The position numbers were made by a program, and so were the translations under genes. Shown piece by piece: positions 39,866 through 48,384 of a DNA stretch of 64,000 nucleotides. Under the pieces are notes generated by a model that was not told the DNA's origin, did no database searches, and saw only the letters and a list, made by a program, of their open reading frames with translations. The stretch comes from Limisphaerales bacterium. Lineage in GTDB: Bacteria; Verrucomicrobiota; Verrucomicrobiia; Limisphaerales; SIBE01. Position 1 is the stretch's first letter; every line of letters begins with the position of its first letter. The stretch spans positions 18,592 through 82,591 of the forward strand of contig JBGAIN010000009.1 in NCBI GenBank assembly GCA_044225505.1, in the 5' to 3' direction.

Positions 39866-40675
39866 CTACGCTTTCTTGGCGGAACGAGCTTCACGCACCT
39901 GCGCGAGAACCGAAGGCGGCGTGAGGAATAAGATCTTCAGGTCGAGCCAGAAGGAGCGACTGGCGACATACTCGAGGTCCATCTGCATCATCTGGTTGAA
40001 GTTCGTGCCCGAACGGCGCTTCATCTGCCATAACCCAGTCATCCCCGGGGGTGTTTCGAACCGTCGCAACTGAGCTTCCTTCAAGTGGTTATACTCGTAA
40101 TCCATACACGGACGGGGCCCCACCATGCTCATGTCACCGAGGAGCACATTAATTAATTGGGGGAGTTCGTCCACGCAGGAGGTGCGCAAGACCCGGCCGA
40201 AGGGAATCACCCGTTTGTCCCCTTTGCTATCCAGCTTGACCATCGGTTGGTTGCTGGCAATCAGCTTTTGGACATGCTCACGATGCGTCCCTTGGCTAGC
40301 ATTGACGTGCATCGTTCGGAACTTCCAGCAAGTGAACGACTTACCGAGATACCCAACGCGTTGCTGCTTGAAGAAGACGGGGCCTTTCGAAACTAGCTTA
40401 ATAATCAGGGCAGCCACCAGCATCACGGGCAGCACGACGGGGAGACCCAGCAACAACAGGGTGAGATCCAAGCCGCGTTTCCAGAGAGGGCAAGCTCGTT
40501 GCGCTTGGTTCTCCACGATGGGAGTCTCCGAAACGGCCACGTGGCCAATCGCCGCGCTGCTGTTTGCGTGCAGGCGACCGATAGACGCCAGACCGGCGTC
40601 GAAAGGGCTCAGAGCCGTGGTGCTTCTCGAATCTGTTGTCAAGCTACTTGTCATTGCTGTCCAGTTTTTAGTCAC
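39866..40675 (-). CDS. Bacterial sugar transferase (polyprenyl-phosphate hexose-1-phosphate transferase, WbaP/EpsL-like small type)
   Basis: KRGLDLTLLLLGLPVVLPV...KLVSKGPVFFKQQRVGYLGKSFTCWKFRTM...DELPQLINVLLGDMSMVGPRP. Confidence 0.85.
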   Translation of the reverse strand: MTKNWTAMTSSLTTDSRSTTALSPFDAGLASIGRLHANSSAAIGHVAVSETPIVENQAQRACPLWKRGLDLTLLLLGLPVVLPVMLVAALIIKLVSKGPVFFKQQRVGYLGKSFTCWKFRTMHVNASQGTHREHVQKLIASNQPMVKLDSKGDKRVIPFGRVLRTSCVDELPQLINVLLGDMSMVGPRPCMDYEYNHLKEAQLRRFETPPGMTGLWQMKRRSGTNFNQMMQMDLEYVASRSFWLDLKILFLTPPSVLAQVREARSAKKA

Positions 40676-41280
40676 TGTCGTTACAACGATATAAACAAAG
40701 AAGCGCTACACTTGGTAACCTGAATCGCTTATGGAACGTGTCGCGTGCGACGCTAACAGTTCGTGAGCAAGTGTTTATGTTGGTCATTCTATTATTTTAT
40801 TTTAATTTTCGCCCATCCAGGACAGGTCGGTGTGGAACACTCTCATCACCAGTCGGTTCCGTATAATGCGGATCATTTTAAGCTGGCCTGGGTGGCTCTC
40901 ACCGAATTTTCCCTGCCTAATCCCGGTTTTGAGCCGCTAATAGTCGACGTTCAGACGGTTGAAGGGCCCTAGTTAATTCAGTAAGTCTCCTGTGAGATTT
41001 CTAACTTGCTACCGAACAGGAGTTTGCGTCGGTGATGGGGGCCTCGTGGAACGTCTTTCTTGGCTAAAGCCCCGGAACGATCAGCAAACAGCGTAGGTCA
41101 GGGCCAAAAACGGTCTACTTTTCGTGGCAAGCGCCAGGAGACCACGGATCGCCCATGGCAAACCAGGCGCGAGAGTCGAACGAAGTTTTAACCCGTTCGT
41201 GAGGGAACCAGAGGTAGGTTGGGGGCCGCAGCCCATAATTTCGGAATCCGTTGCGGGTCGAATTCGGCTGGATTCGATAA

Positions 41281-41374
41281 TAACACGGAATTTACATGGA
41301 TTGGACACGGATTTAAAACGGATAAAACCCGTGTTATGTCCCTGTTATATCCGTGTTATATCCCTGTTATAAAC
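41281..41374 (+). promoter_or_regulatory. Array of short direct/inverted repeats upstream of the CotH/LTD gene
   Basis: Four tandem 11-mers (gtgttatgtcc / ctgttatatcc / gtgttatatcc / ctgttataaac, 41331-41374) are preceded by the inverted half-sites ACACGGA (41284, 41306). Confidence 0.35.
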
Positions 41375-41437
41375 GAATGAAAGGCTTGCGGTCCTTCACG
41401 CTTGCCCCGGAGCCTCAACCTCCGACAGAGTAGCAAC

Positions 41438-44400
41438 GTGAAAGCTCCTCGGCCGCTTTGGCTCGAACTGCTGGCGGCCCTCCTAATATTAGGTCCTGTC
41501 CTGACCAAGGCATCACTGGAGGACTACGACCAGACTGTCACCCAGGACGCCGCCGCTGGCTTGGTTCCGCTCGCCCGCCTGAGCTCCGCCATTCATCTGT
41601 CTGGTTCGGACAGGGTTCCATTTAACTTCGGAAACACGAGCGGCGATGCGACCCTGGAGTTCATTTTGGAGGGCGATCCAGAGGCAAATGTCGGTTCCTA
41701 CCTGGCCGTAGGTGAAAACGCTCATAGCAACCTGCGCTACGAGTTGTGGTTCGATACGGGCCAGCTCGGCTTCACGGAGTTGGGAGTGCTCGATTACACC
41801 TTCGATTCCGAAGTGCCCTCCCCAACCGAGCCCACTCCTGTCGCTTACGTCTGGAACGACCTTAGTACGACCATGGAGCTCTACCTGAACGGGGCGTTAA
41901 CCGGGTCGCGCAGCGGGGTGAACGCGTCCTTTGCGATGCCGCATGGCGAGGGTTGGCTGGGGGCCAATCCTTCCGGGGGAGAGGCGATGGTCGGGAGTGT
42001 CTACCGGGTCACTGTGTATCCCGGCCGAGTGTCGAGCGGAGTGATTCTCGCGCACGCGAATGCGTTCCGAAGTGTGGTGGATCCGCCGACCATCGTATCG
42101 TTCACGTCGAGTGCGCCGGTCTTGTTCACGCCCGGGACGGCAACCTTGAGGTGGGAAGTCCGCAATGCCTTGGAAGTTCGGCTTGACGAGGTGAATGTGA
42201 CCGGACAATCCGAACAAACAGTCTCTCCGACCGGGACTCATACCTACCGATTGATCGCGACCAATGCCGGCGCGAGTAACACTGCCGAACTGACGATCGT
42301 GGTTAACCCGCCGCCGGTGGTTCTCCGTTTTGGATCGGATCAGACGAGTGTCGCTCCTGGGGGAGAAACGACCTTGCGCTGGACGACTCAATACGCGGAG
42401 ACGGTCTCGATTGCGCCGGGGATCGGCGACGTGACCGCGCGAACCGTTGACGGCGTGGGTTCGATCCTCATCCAGCCCTCGGAGACGACGACCTATGAGA
42501 TTACCGCCCGAAGCGGCTACGGGACTCAGAGCGCGTCCGTCACGGTGCATCGGGTGCAGTCGGCCAACCACCTGGTGATCTCCGAGTTCATGGCCAACGA
42601 TGAATCGACGCTGCCGGACGAAAACGGCAAGTTTTCCGGCTGGATTGAGATCTATAACCCAACGTCGCAAACGGTGGCCCTGCAGGGCTACTCCTTGACC
42701 GATGACCCGACTGATCTAAGGCAATGGTCCTTCCCTCCAATCGATTTGGTCCCGGGAGCGTATCTCGTCGTCTTTGCCTCAGGGAACGACCGGCGGCAGC
42801 CGGGATTGCCACTGCACACGAACTTCCGGCTCGCAGACGCCGGCGAGTTTCTCGGGTTGATCGCTCCGGGAGGCGGTCTAGTTCACTCCTTTCCGCCGGC
42901 ATTTCCGCCGCAGCGTCCAGGAATTTCCTACGGCCTGCTGGGAGGCGACACGAATCAGGTGCAGTTTTTTGGGAAGCCGACGCCCGGAGCGCCGAACGAT
43001 CCCACCGCCGCGCCGCCGGCGGCCGTGCAATTGTCTACGGGCAATCGGGTGTTTCGGGATCCGTTCGCCGTGACATTGACCGCGGCGGAAGCATCGGCGC
43101 AAATTTACTTCACTCTGGATGGTTCGCCTCCTGGGTTAACCAATGGTTACCGCTATCAGACGCCAATTCAGATTACGAATACGACGCACTTGCGCGCTGT
43201 GGCGGTGGCCGGTGACAAAGTGGGCTCGATCAGCGGGGCCAGTTACATCCGGCTGGCGCAGGAGCTCGTGGGATACACGTCCTCGTTGCCGATCCTGGTT
43301 GTGGAGAACTTCGGCGCGGGGAAGATTCCGCAAAAAGGGTGGAATTCAACCGGATCGGGCATCAAACAAGTGCCGCGACAAGCGGCGGCGTGGGCAACGT
43401 TTGAACTGAACGGAGGCGTAAGCGCTTTCGCGGATGCGCCGCAACTGTTCAGTTTGATTGGGATCCGCGGACGCGGGGCCTATTCGACGGAATGGCGCCA
43501 GAAACCTTATAGCGTCGAAGTCATCGACGAAACCGGTGCCGAAGCCAAGACCGCTCTCTTGGGGATGCCCGCTCACGCCGATTGGGTTCTTTACTTCCCG
43601 GACCCGGATCAAAACCGGGATCCTACGCTGCTCTTCAACACGTTTGCCTATGAGTTGAGCCGGCAAATGGGCAGGTATGCGGTGCGCTTCCGCTGGGTGG
43701 AAGCCTTTGTTAATGAAGACGGCGGCGAACTCAAGCTGGCGGATCGGCGCGGCGTTTATGCGGTCTTGGAAAAGGTGGCGCGGGGCAAGGATCGTCTCGA
43801 TTTTCAAGCCCTGGCTCCGGACGGTTCGAGCGGCAGTTGGCTGTTGAACATCAACCGCATGGATCCGGTTCCCGAAACCGGATGGCCGGCGCCGAACGGG
43901 GCGACGCGCCCCTGGTTCTTTCACACCGCGGGTCCGAACCGGATTCTCGAGACCAAGCCGAACACAGCGTATGGCGATGTTCCCGGAGATGATCTGCCCC
44001 AGCAATCGAATGGATACCTGAACTTCGACAATCCGAATGGATATGTGATTAGCACGAACCAACGGGCTGCGATCGAGGGTTGGTTGGAGAAGTTTGAGGA
44101 CGTGCTCTACAACGATGCCTTGTGGCTTAACCCGACCAATGGTTACCGCCAATATCTCGATACGCGCGACTTTACGGACTACTTCATCCTGAACGTGCTG
44201 ACCAGGAATGGCGACGGCCTGCTGATTAGCATGTTCCCTTGGAAAGGAGACGACAACAAGCTGAGGATGGGACCGGCCTGGGATTACAACTGGGCCTCGT
44301 ATTACATCTCGGGCGGACCTACTGGCTCCCTGATGCACCGGGCGGAGCAGCTCTGGTATCCGCGCCTCTTCTCTGATCCCGATTTTCAACAGGGCTATAT

Positions 44401-46030
44401 CGATCGCTGGTGGGAACTCCGACGGGGGCCGTTGTCGAACGTTGCCATGGGCAAGATCATTGACGATCAGGCCGCCGAGATCACTCCAGGGAAAGCAGCC
44501 TTGAACGGGTTGCCAAGCGCGGTGGAGTGGACACGGCGCCTTCGCCAGATGAAAGACTGGCTGACCCAGCGCGCCGATTGGATGGATAGCAACTACCTTC
44601 GTCCTCCGACCTTCAGCCGCATGGGCGGGGAGGTTGCCCCGGGGTTCAATCTGCTCGTTTCTGGAACTGGCGGAACGATTTATGTCACGACCGACGGGAC
44701 GGATCCGCGTGGGGCAGGGGGTCGCCTCTCAGGCGGGGCGCGGGTCTACGCCGGCCCGGTGATCATTCAGGCTCAAACGGTCGTGCAAGCGCGCATTAAG
44801 AATGGCGGCACCTGGAGCGGCCTGACGCGCGCCTTTTTTTCCACCGCGCAAGATCTCACCCGTCTCGCCGTCACGGAGATCATGTACGACCCTCTGGCGT
44901 CCGCCGAGTGGGCTGGAGAAGATCTTGAATTTCTTGAACTCCAAAACACTGGGACAAACGTTCTGCAATTGGGTGGGCTGGAATTCACGAGCGGGATCGT
45001 ATTTGCCTTCCCTGAGGACGCTCAGCTCGAGCCGGGGGCATTTTACTTGCTCGGACGCAACCCGGCAGCCATCACAGCCACGTATCCGGGCATTGTCCTC
45101 AATGGCGTGTATACCGGCAAGTTGAACAACGACGGGGAAACCTTGCGCCTGGCCTCCGTGACTGGAACGAACCTGTTTGACTTCACCTATCAAAATCAGC
45201 CGCCCTGGCCGCCCGCCGCGGCGGGGCTCGGCTTTTCACTCGTCCCGCGGGAGGGGACCATTTTCGGTTCCTCAAACCCCGCGGACTGGCGATCCAGCGC
45301 CGCCATGGGAGGTTCTCCTGGCCGGGCTGACCCACCACCAGTGGCGGAATGCCTGGCTGGGCGGGCGCCGGCCATCTTGCAAGATCCTTTGAGTCAGACG
45401 GTCGTCGCGGGCGGCTTGGTCGGATTCAGTGTCGAGGTGACGAATACCGCGGCGCTGCCTATTACCTATCGCTGGCAGCGAAATGGTGAGGACGTGCCTG
45501 GCGGAACTGTTGTGCTCGAGCGGCATCGGGCATTTCTCAGCGTTGCGTTAGTCCAATTGCCCTACACGAATTACACCGTCCACGTTAGTAATCCAGCGTG
45601 TCCGACCGGATTTACGAGTGCCAATGCCATACTCTCGTTCCTTACGGATACAGACCAAGATGGGCAACCGGACACATGGGAATCAGCGTTCGGTTTGGAC
45701 CCGCGCAACCCTTCTGACCGCGATGAAGACAGCGACGGCGATGGCCTGACGAATAATCAGGAATACTTGTCCGGAACGAATCCGAAGGATCCAACGAGTT
45801 GCCTGAAGTTGGAAGTCTCCTTCAACGAAAACGGCTCAGGAGCCCGCATCAAAGTGCGTGCTCTGGCCAATCGCACCTACCGTGTCGAGTCCACAGACTC
45901 GCTGGTAACGCCCCAGTGGGCGTCCGTGGAAGAGATCGTAGCCCAGACGGCCGACCGGGACGCGCTCTTGGTGGACCCCGCGGCGGCGGCCAAGCGGTTT
46001 TACCGTGTGGTCACGCCGAGTTCGCCGTGA
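41438..46030 (+). CDS. Giant secreted protein: LamG-like + Ig-like + lamin-tail domain + CotH kinase-like + second lamin-tail + Ig + Ca-binding repeats + ...FYR module
   Basis: Signal peptide (V/M)KAPRPLWLELLAALLILGPVLTKA. LTD 1 reads LVISEFMANDESTLPDENGKFSGWIEIYNPT...GYSLTDD. CotH blocks are YSVEVIDE...DWVLYFPDPDQNRDPTLLFN...VRFRWVEAFVN. LTD 2 reads LAVTEIMYDP...EFLELQNTG. The Ca-binding repeat is DTDQDGQPDTWE...DSDGDGLTNNQEY. The C-terminus is ...KRFYRVVTPSSP. The start is uncertain (TTG 41402 in the ORF track; GTG 41438). Confidence 0.85.
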   Translation: MKAPRPLWLELLAALLILGPVLTKASLEDYDQTVTQDAAAGLVPLARLSSAIHLSGSDRVPFNFGNTSGDATLEFILEGDPEANVGSYLAVGENAHSNLRYELWFDTGQLGFTELGVLDYTFDSEVPSPTEPTPVAYVWNDLSTTMELYLNGALTGSRSGVNASFAMPHGEGWLGANPSGGEAMVGSVYRVTVYPGRVSSGVILAHANAFRSVVDPPTIVSFTSSAPVLFTPGTATLRWEVRNALEVRLDEVNVTGQSEQTVSPTGTHTYRLIATNAGASNTAELTIVVNPPPVVLRFGSDQTSVAPGGETTLRWTTQYAETVSIAPGIGDVTARTVDGVGSILIQPSETTTYEITARSGYGTQSASVTVHRVQSANHLVISEFMANDESTLPDENGKFSGWIEIYNPTSQTVALQGYSLTDDPTDLRQWSFPPIDLVPGAYLVVFASGNDRRQPGLPLHTNFRLADAGEFLGLIAPGGGLVHSFPPAFPPQRPGISYGLLGGDTNQVQFFGKPTPGAPNDPTAAPPAAVQLSTGNRVFRDPFAVTLTAAEASAQIYFTLDGSPPGLTNGYRYQTPIQITNTTHLRAVAVAGDKVGSISGASYIRLAQELVGYTSSLPILVVENFGAGKIPQKGWNSTGSGIKQVPRQAAAWATFELNGGVSAFADAPQLFSLIGIRGRGAYSTEWRQKPYSVEVIDETGAEAKTALLGMPAHADWVLYFPDPDQNRDPTLLFNTFAYELSRQMGRYAVRFRWVEAFVNEDGGELKLADRRGVYAVLEKVARGKDRLDFQALAPDGSSGSWLLNINRMDPVPETGWPAPNGATRPWFFHTAGPNRILETKPNTAYGDVPGDDLPQQSNGYLNFDNPNGYVISTNQRAAIEGWLEKFEDVLYNDALWLNPTNGYRQYLDTRDFTDYFILNVLTRNGDGLLISMFPWKGDDNKLRMGPAWDYNWASYYISGGPTGSLMHRAEQLWYPRLFSDPDFQQGYIDRWWELRRGPLSNVAMGKIIDDQAAEITPGKAALNGLPSAVEWTRRLRQMKDWLTQRADWMDSNYLRPPTFSRMGGEVAPGFNLLVSGTGGTIYVTTDGTDPRGAGGRLSGGARVYAGPVIIQAQTVVQARIKNGGTWSGLTRAFFSTAQDLTRLAVTEIMYDPLASAEWAGEDLEFLELQNTGTNVLQLGGLEFTSGIVFAFPEDAQLEPGAFYLLGRNPAAITATYPGIVLNGVYTGKLNNDGETLRLASVTGTNLFDFTYQNQPPWPPAAAGLGFSLVPREGTIFGSSNPADWRSSAAMGGSPGRADPPPVAECLAGRAPAILQDPLSQTVVAGGLVGFSVEVTNTAALPITYRWQRNGEDVPGGTVVLERHRAFLSVALVQLPYTNYTVHVSNPACPTGFTSANAILSFLTDTDQDGQPDTWESAFGLDPRNPSDRDEDSDGDGLTNNQEYLSGTNPKDPTSCLKLEVSFNENGSGARIKVRALANRTYRVESTDSLVTPQWASVEEIVAQTADRDALLVDPAAAAKRFYRVVTPSSP

Positions 46031-46521
46031 TGGCGCATTCTCACCTACCGCAGCTACTCTCGTCCATGCCGCGGAAATAAAGGGTGCTCGAATGTTGATG
46101 CGATGGCGAACCGCGGGCTGTGGTTGCGCGGCGAAGCCGTAAGGCTGGCGCGCAGACGCGACCTAATCCTTCGAGGCCCCATCCTTAACCCGTAACGGCT
46201 GCGGGTGGAGATCGTCAGGTTCGCCGTACCTGGAGTTCATCATCGACAAGGATACGGGCGCGTTGCCTCCAACTTTCAGTCGTGGCCAGGGCACCGCGGA
46301 ACTGTCGCTAAAAAGGAAATGCTTCCCTTAAAAGATAAACGATAAGAAATACGTATTTGACGACATGGTAAGATCAGTAATACTGTTTATCTGGGTGTGA
46401 AACATCGCGAGCATTTTACGGACGAGTCGCTCATCATCGTTCGCCTTGACCATCCTCCCAAGAACGGTGGACGTGCTCCCTGGGACGCAAGCCAGGCAGC
46501 GCTGCCGCCAGGAGCCGCTGC

Positions 46522-48384
46522 ATGATCCGCAAGACGGTGGGGCGCAAGTTGACGACGGCAGTAGACATCACGGTGCTGCTGATCATCAGCGTTTTTGCCT
46601 ACGTCAACATACGGTCGCATAACAACAACCTCCTCGCGGAGGTCGAGCGGCACGCGATCCAGGTCAGCCAGACCGTCAAAACGAGCACTGAGTACGATAT
46701 GCTGCTCAACGAACCTGATCGCATTCACCAGACCATCCGACGTCTCGGTCAGGAGAAGAGCATCGAGCGCATTCGCATCATGAACAAGGCGGGCGAGATC
46801 ACTTACTCGTCCGACACCAATGAGATTGGCAAAACCGTGGATCTTAGCGCGGAGAGCTGCATCCACTGTCATAGCGTCGATCCGCCACTCGAGCGGCTGG
46901 AAAAGAGGGCCCGCACCCGAGTCTTTCAACGTCCTGGGGATCGCAGCCGCGCGTTCGGAGTTATCACTCCGATTTATAACCAGCCTTCCTGTTGGAGTGC
47001 CGCTTGCCATGCCCACCCAGAATCGAAGACGGTCCTCGGGGTTTTCGATGTCATCATGCCGCTGACCGCGGTCGACGAGGACATGCGTCGCGGGCGGGTG
47101 GAGATCCTCATCTTCGCGGCCAGTGCCGTCGTGGTGCTCAGCCTGATTACCGGTGTCTTTGTGCGGCGCTGGGTAAGCATTCCCGTGGAGCAGTTGGTCG
47201 CCGCCACGCGCCACGTGGCCAGTGGCAATCTCAGCGGCACGATTGACGAATCCCGACAAGATGAGCTCGGGATGCTGGCCCGCTCGTTCAACCAGATGAC
47301 CCGCAAGCTCGCGGAGGCGCGGCTGCAACTTGTGCAATCCGACAAACTGGCCTCGCTTGGCCGTCTCGCGGCGGGCGTCGCGCACGAGATCAACAATCCC
47401 CTGACGGGCGTCCTCAGTTATAGCAGCTTGATGCTCAAACGCGCCCGAGCGCCTGAGGAGCAGGAAGATTTAAGAGTGATCGTGCGTGAGACCATCCGGT
47501 GCCGCGACATCGTCAAGAGCCTGCTCGACTTTGCGCGCCAGTCCGTCCCGCGAAAGCGAGAATCAGATATCAATGAGGTCATCCAGCGGGCCATTTCCGT
47601 TGTAGAACGGCAGCTCGCGTTGAAGCGGATTGTGGTCGAAAAGCAACTGCAGCCGAACCTTCCGCACCCGGTGGTCGATGCCAACCAGATGCAACAGGTC
47701 ATCGTGAATCTGATCGTCAACGCGGCCGATGCGATCAGCGGCGACGGCGGCACCATCACCCTGCGCACCGCACTAATCAGCCTCTCTCCAGTCGGTGTGC
47801 GGCAGATCAAGCAAGCGGTCTGCCCGAAGCGCCACGACTTGATCGACAGCGAAGTGCGGTTCGATGGCAAACCGTCGATCCGGATCAAGGCGCGTTGCGA
47901 GGACCAGGAAGGCTACGTTTATATCGATCCGGTCTATGGCAAGGCCGGAAACCATCATGGGTTTACGTTCGACGAACGGAAAAAGGCCCAATTCCTTTGT
48001 CCCGAGTGCTCCACGTCGTTGATTGTCGAGGGTCGAACGTGTCCTCGGTGCGCCGCGACGGTGTTTACGTTTGAGGCCCCACCGAAAGGAATGGTGGAAA
48101 TCTGCACGCGCCGGGGGTGCGGTTGGCAGCGCTGGGATGACGTCGATGCGTCCAAGAACCGGGAATACATCGAGATCCAGGTTCGAGATACCGGGTGCGG
48201 CATTCCAGCGGAGCAGATCCCTAAAATCTACGAACCGTTCCATTCCACGAAAGGGGCGAAAGGAACGGGGCTCGGACTCGCGGTTGTGTGGGGCATTATC
48301 GACGGGCACGACGGCTCGATCAGCGTGCAGAGCGAAGTCGGCAAGGGCACCACGTTCACCATTAGAGTCCCGGAGAAACCATGA
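46522..48384 (+). CDS. Sensor histidine kinase: periplasmic domain with c-type haem motifs, HAMP, HisKA, and HATPase_c split by a Cys-rich insert
   Basis: TM segments at aa ~13-30 and ~193-215. CIHCH lies at aa 113-117 and CWSAACH at aa 157-163. H-box LGRLAAGVAHEINNPLTGV, N-box NLIVNAADA (aa 396-404), G1 DTGCGI (aa 556-561), G2 GTGLGL. Confidence 0.85.
   Translation: MIRKTVGRKLTTAVDITVLLIISVFAYVNIRSHNNNLLAEVERHAIQVSQTVKTSTEYDMLLNEPDRIHQTIRRLGQEKSIERIRIMNKAGEITYSSDTNEIGKTVDLSAESCIHCHSVDPPLERLEKRARTRVFQRPGDRSRAFGVITPIYNQPSCWSAACHAHPESKTVLGVFDVIMPLTAVDEDMRRGRVEILIFAASAVVVLSLITGVFVRRWVSIPVEQLVAATRHVASGNLSGTIDESRQDELGMLARSFNQMTRKLAEARLQLVQSDKLASLGRLAAGVAHEINNPLTGVLSYSSLMLKRARAPEEQEDLRVIVRETIRCRDIVKSLLDFARQSVPRKRESDINEVIQRAISVVERQLALKRIVVEKQLQPNLPHPVVDANQMQQVIVNLIVNAADAISGDGGTITLRTALISLSPVGVRQIKQAVCPKRHDLIDSEVRFDGKPSIRIKARCEDQEGYVYIDPVYGKAGNHHGFTFDERKKAQFLCPECSTSLIVEGRTCPRCAATVFTFEAPPKGMVEICTRRGCGWQRWDDVDASKNREYIEIQVRDTGCGIPAEQIPKIYEPFHSTKGAKGTGLGLAVVWGIIDGHDGSISVQSEVGKGTTFTIRVPEKP

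Noticed and set aside
40763-41372. Small ORFs (69, 75 and 82 aa) in the AT-rich intergenic region, which I also examined for a possible ncRNA
   Set aside because: There is no coding signature or motifs. I compared the region by eye with tRNA, tmRNA, RNase P and SRP hallmarks and found none. It is treated as promoter/regulatory DNA.
43346-44389. 347-aa minus-strand ORF inside the CotH/LTD gene
   Set aside because: It is antisense to the CotH domain region, whose motifs are unambiguous on the plus strand. It is a shadow ORF.
46387-47385. 332-aa ORF on the minus strand
   Set aside because: It is entirely antisense to the well-supported histidine kinase gene and has Arg/Gly/Ala/Pro-rich composition with no motifs. 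This is a typical shadow ORF of GC-rich DNA.
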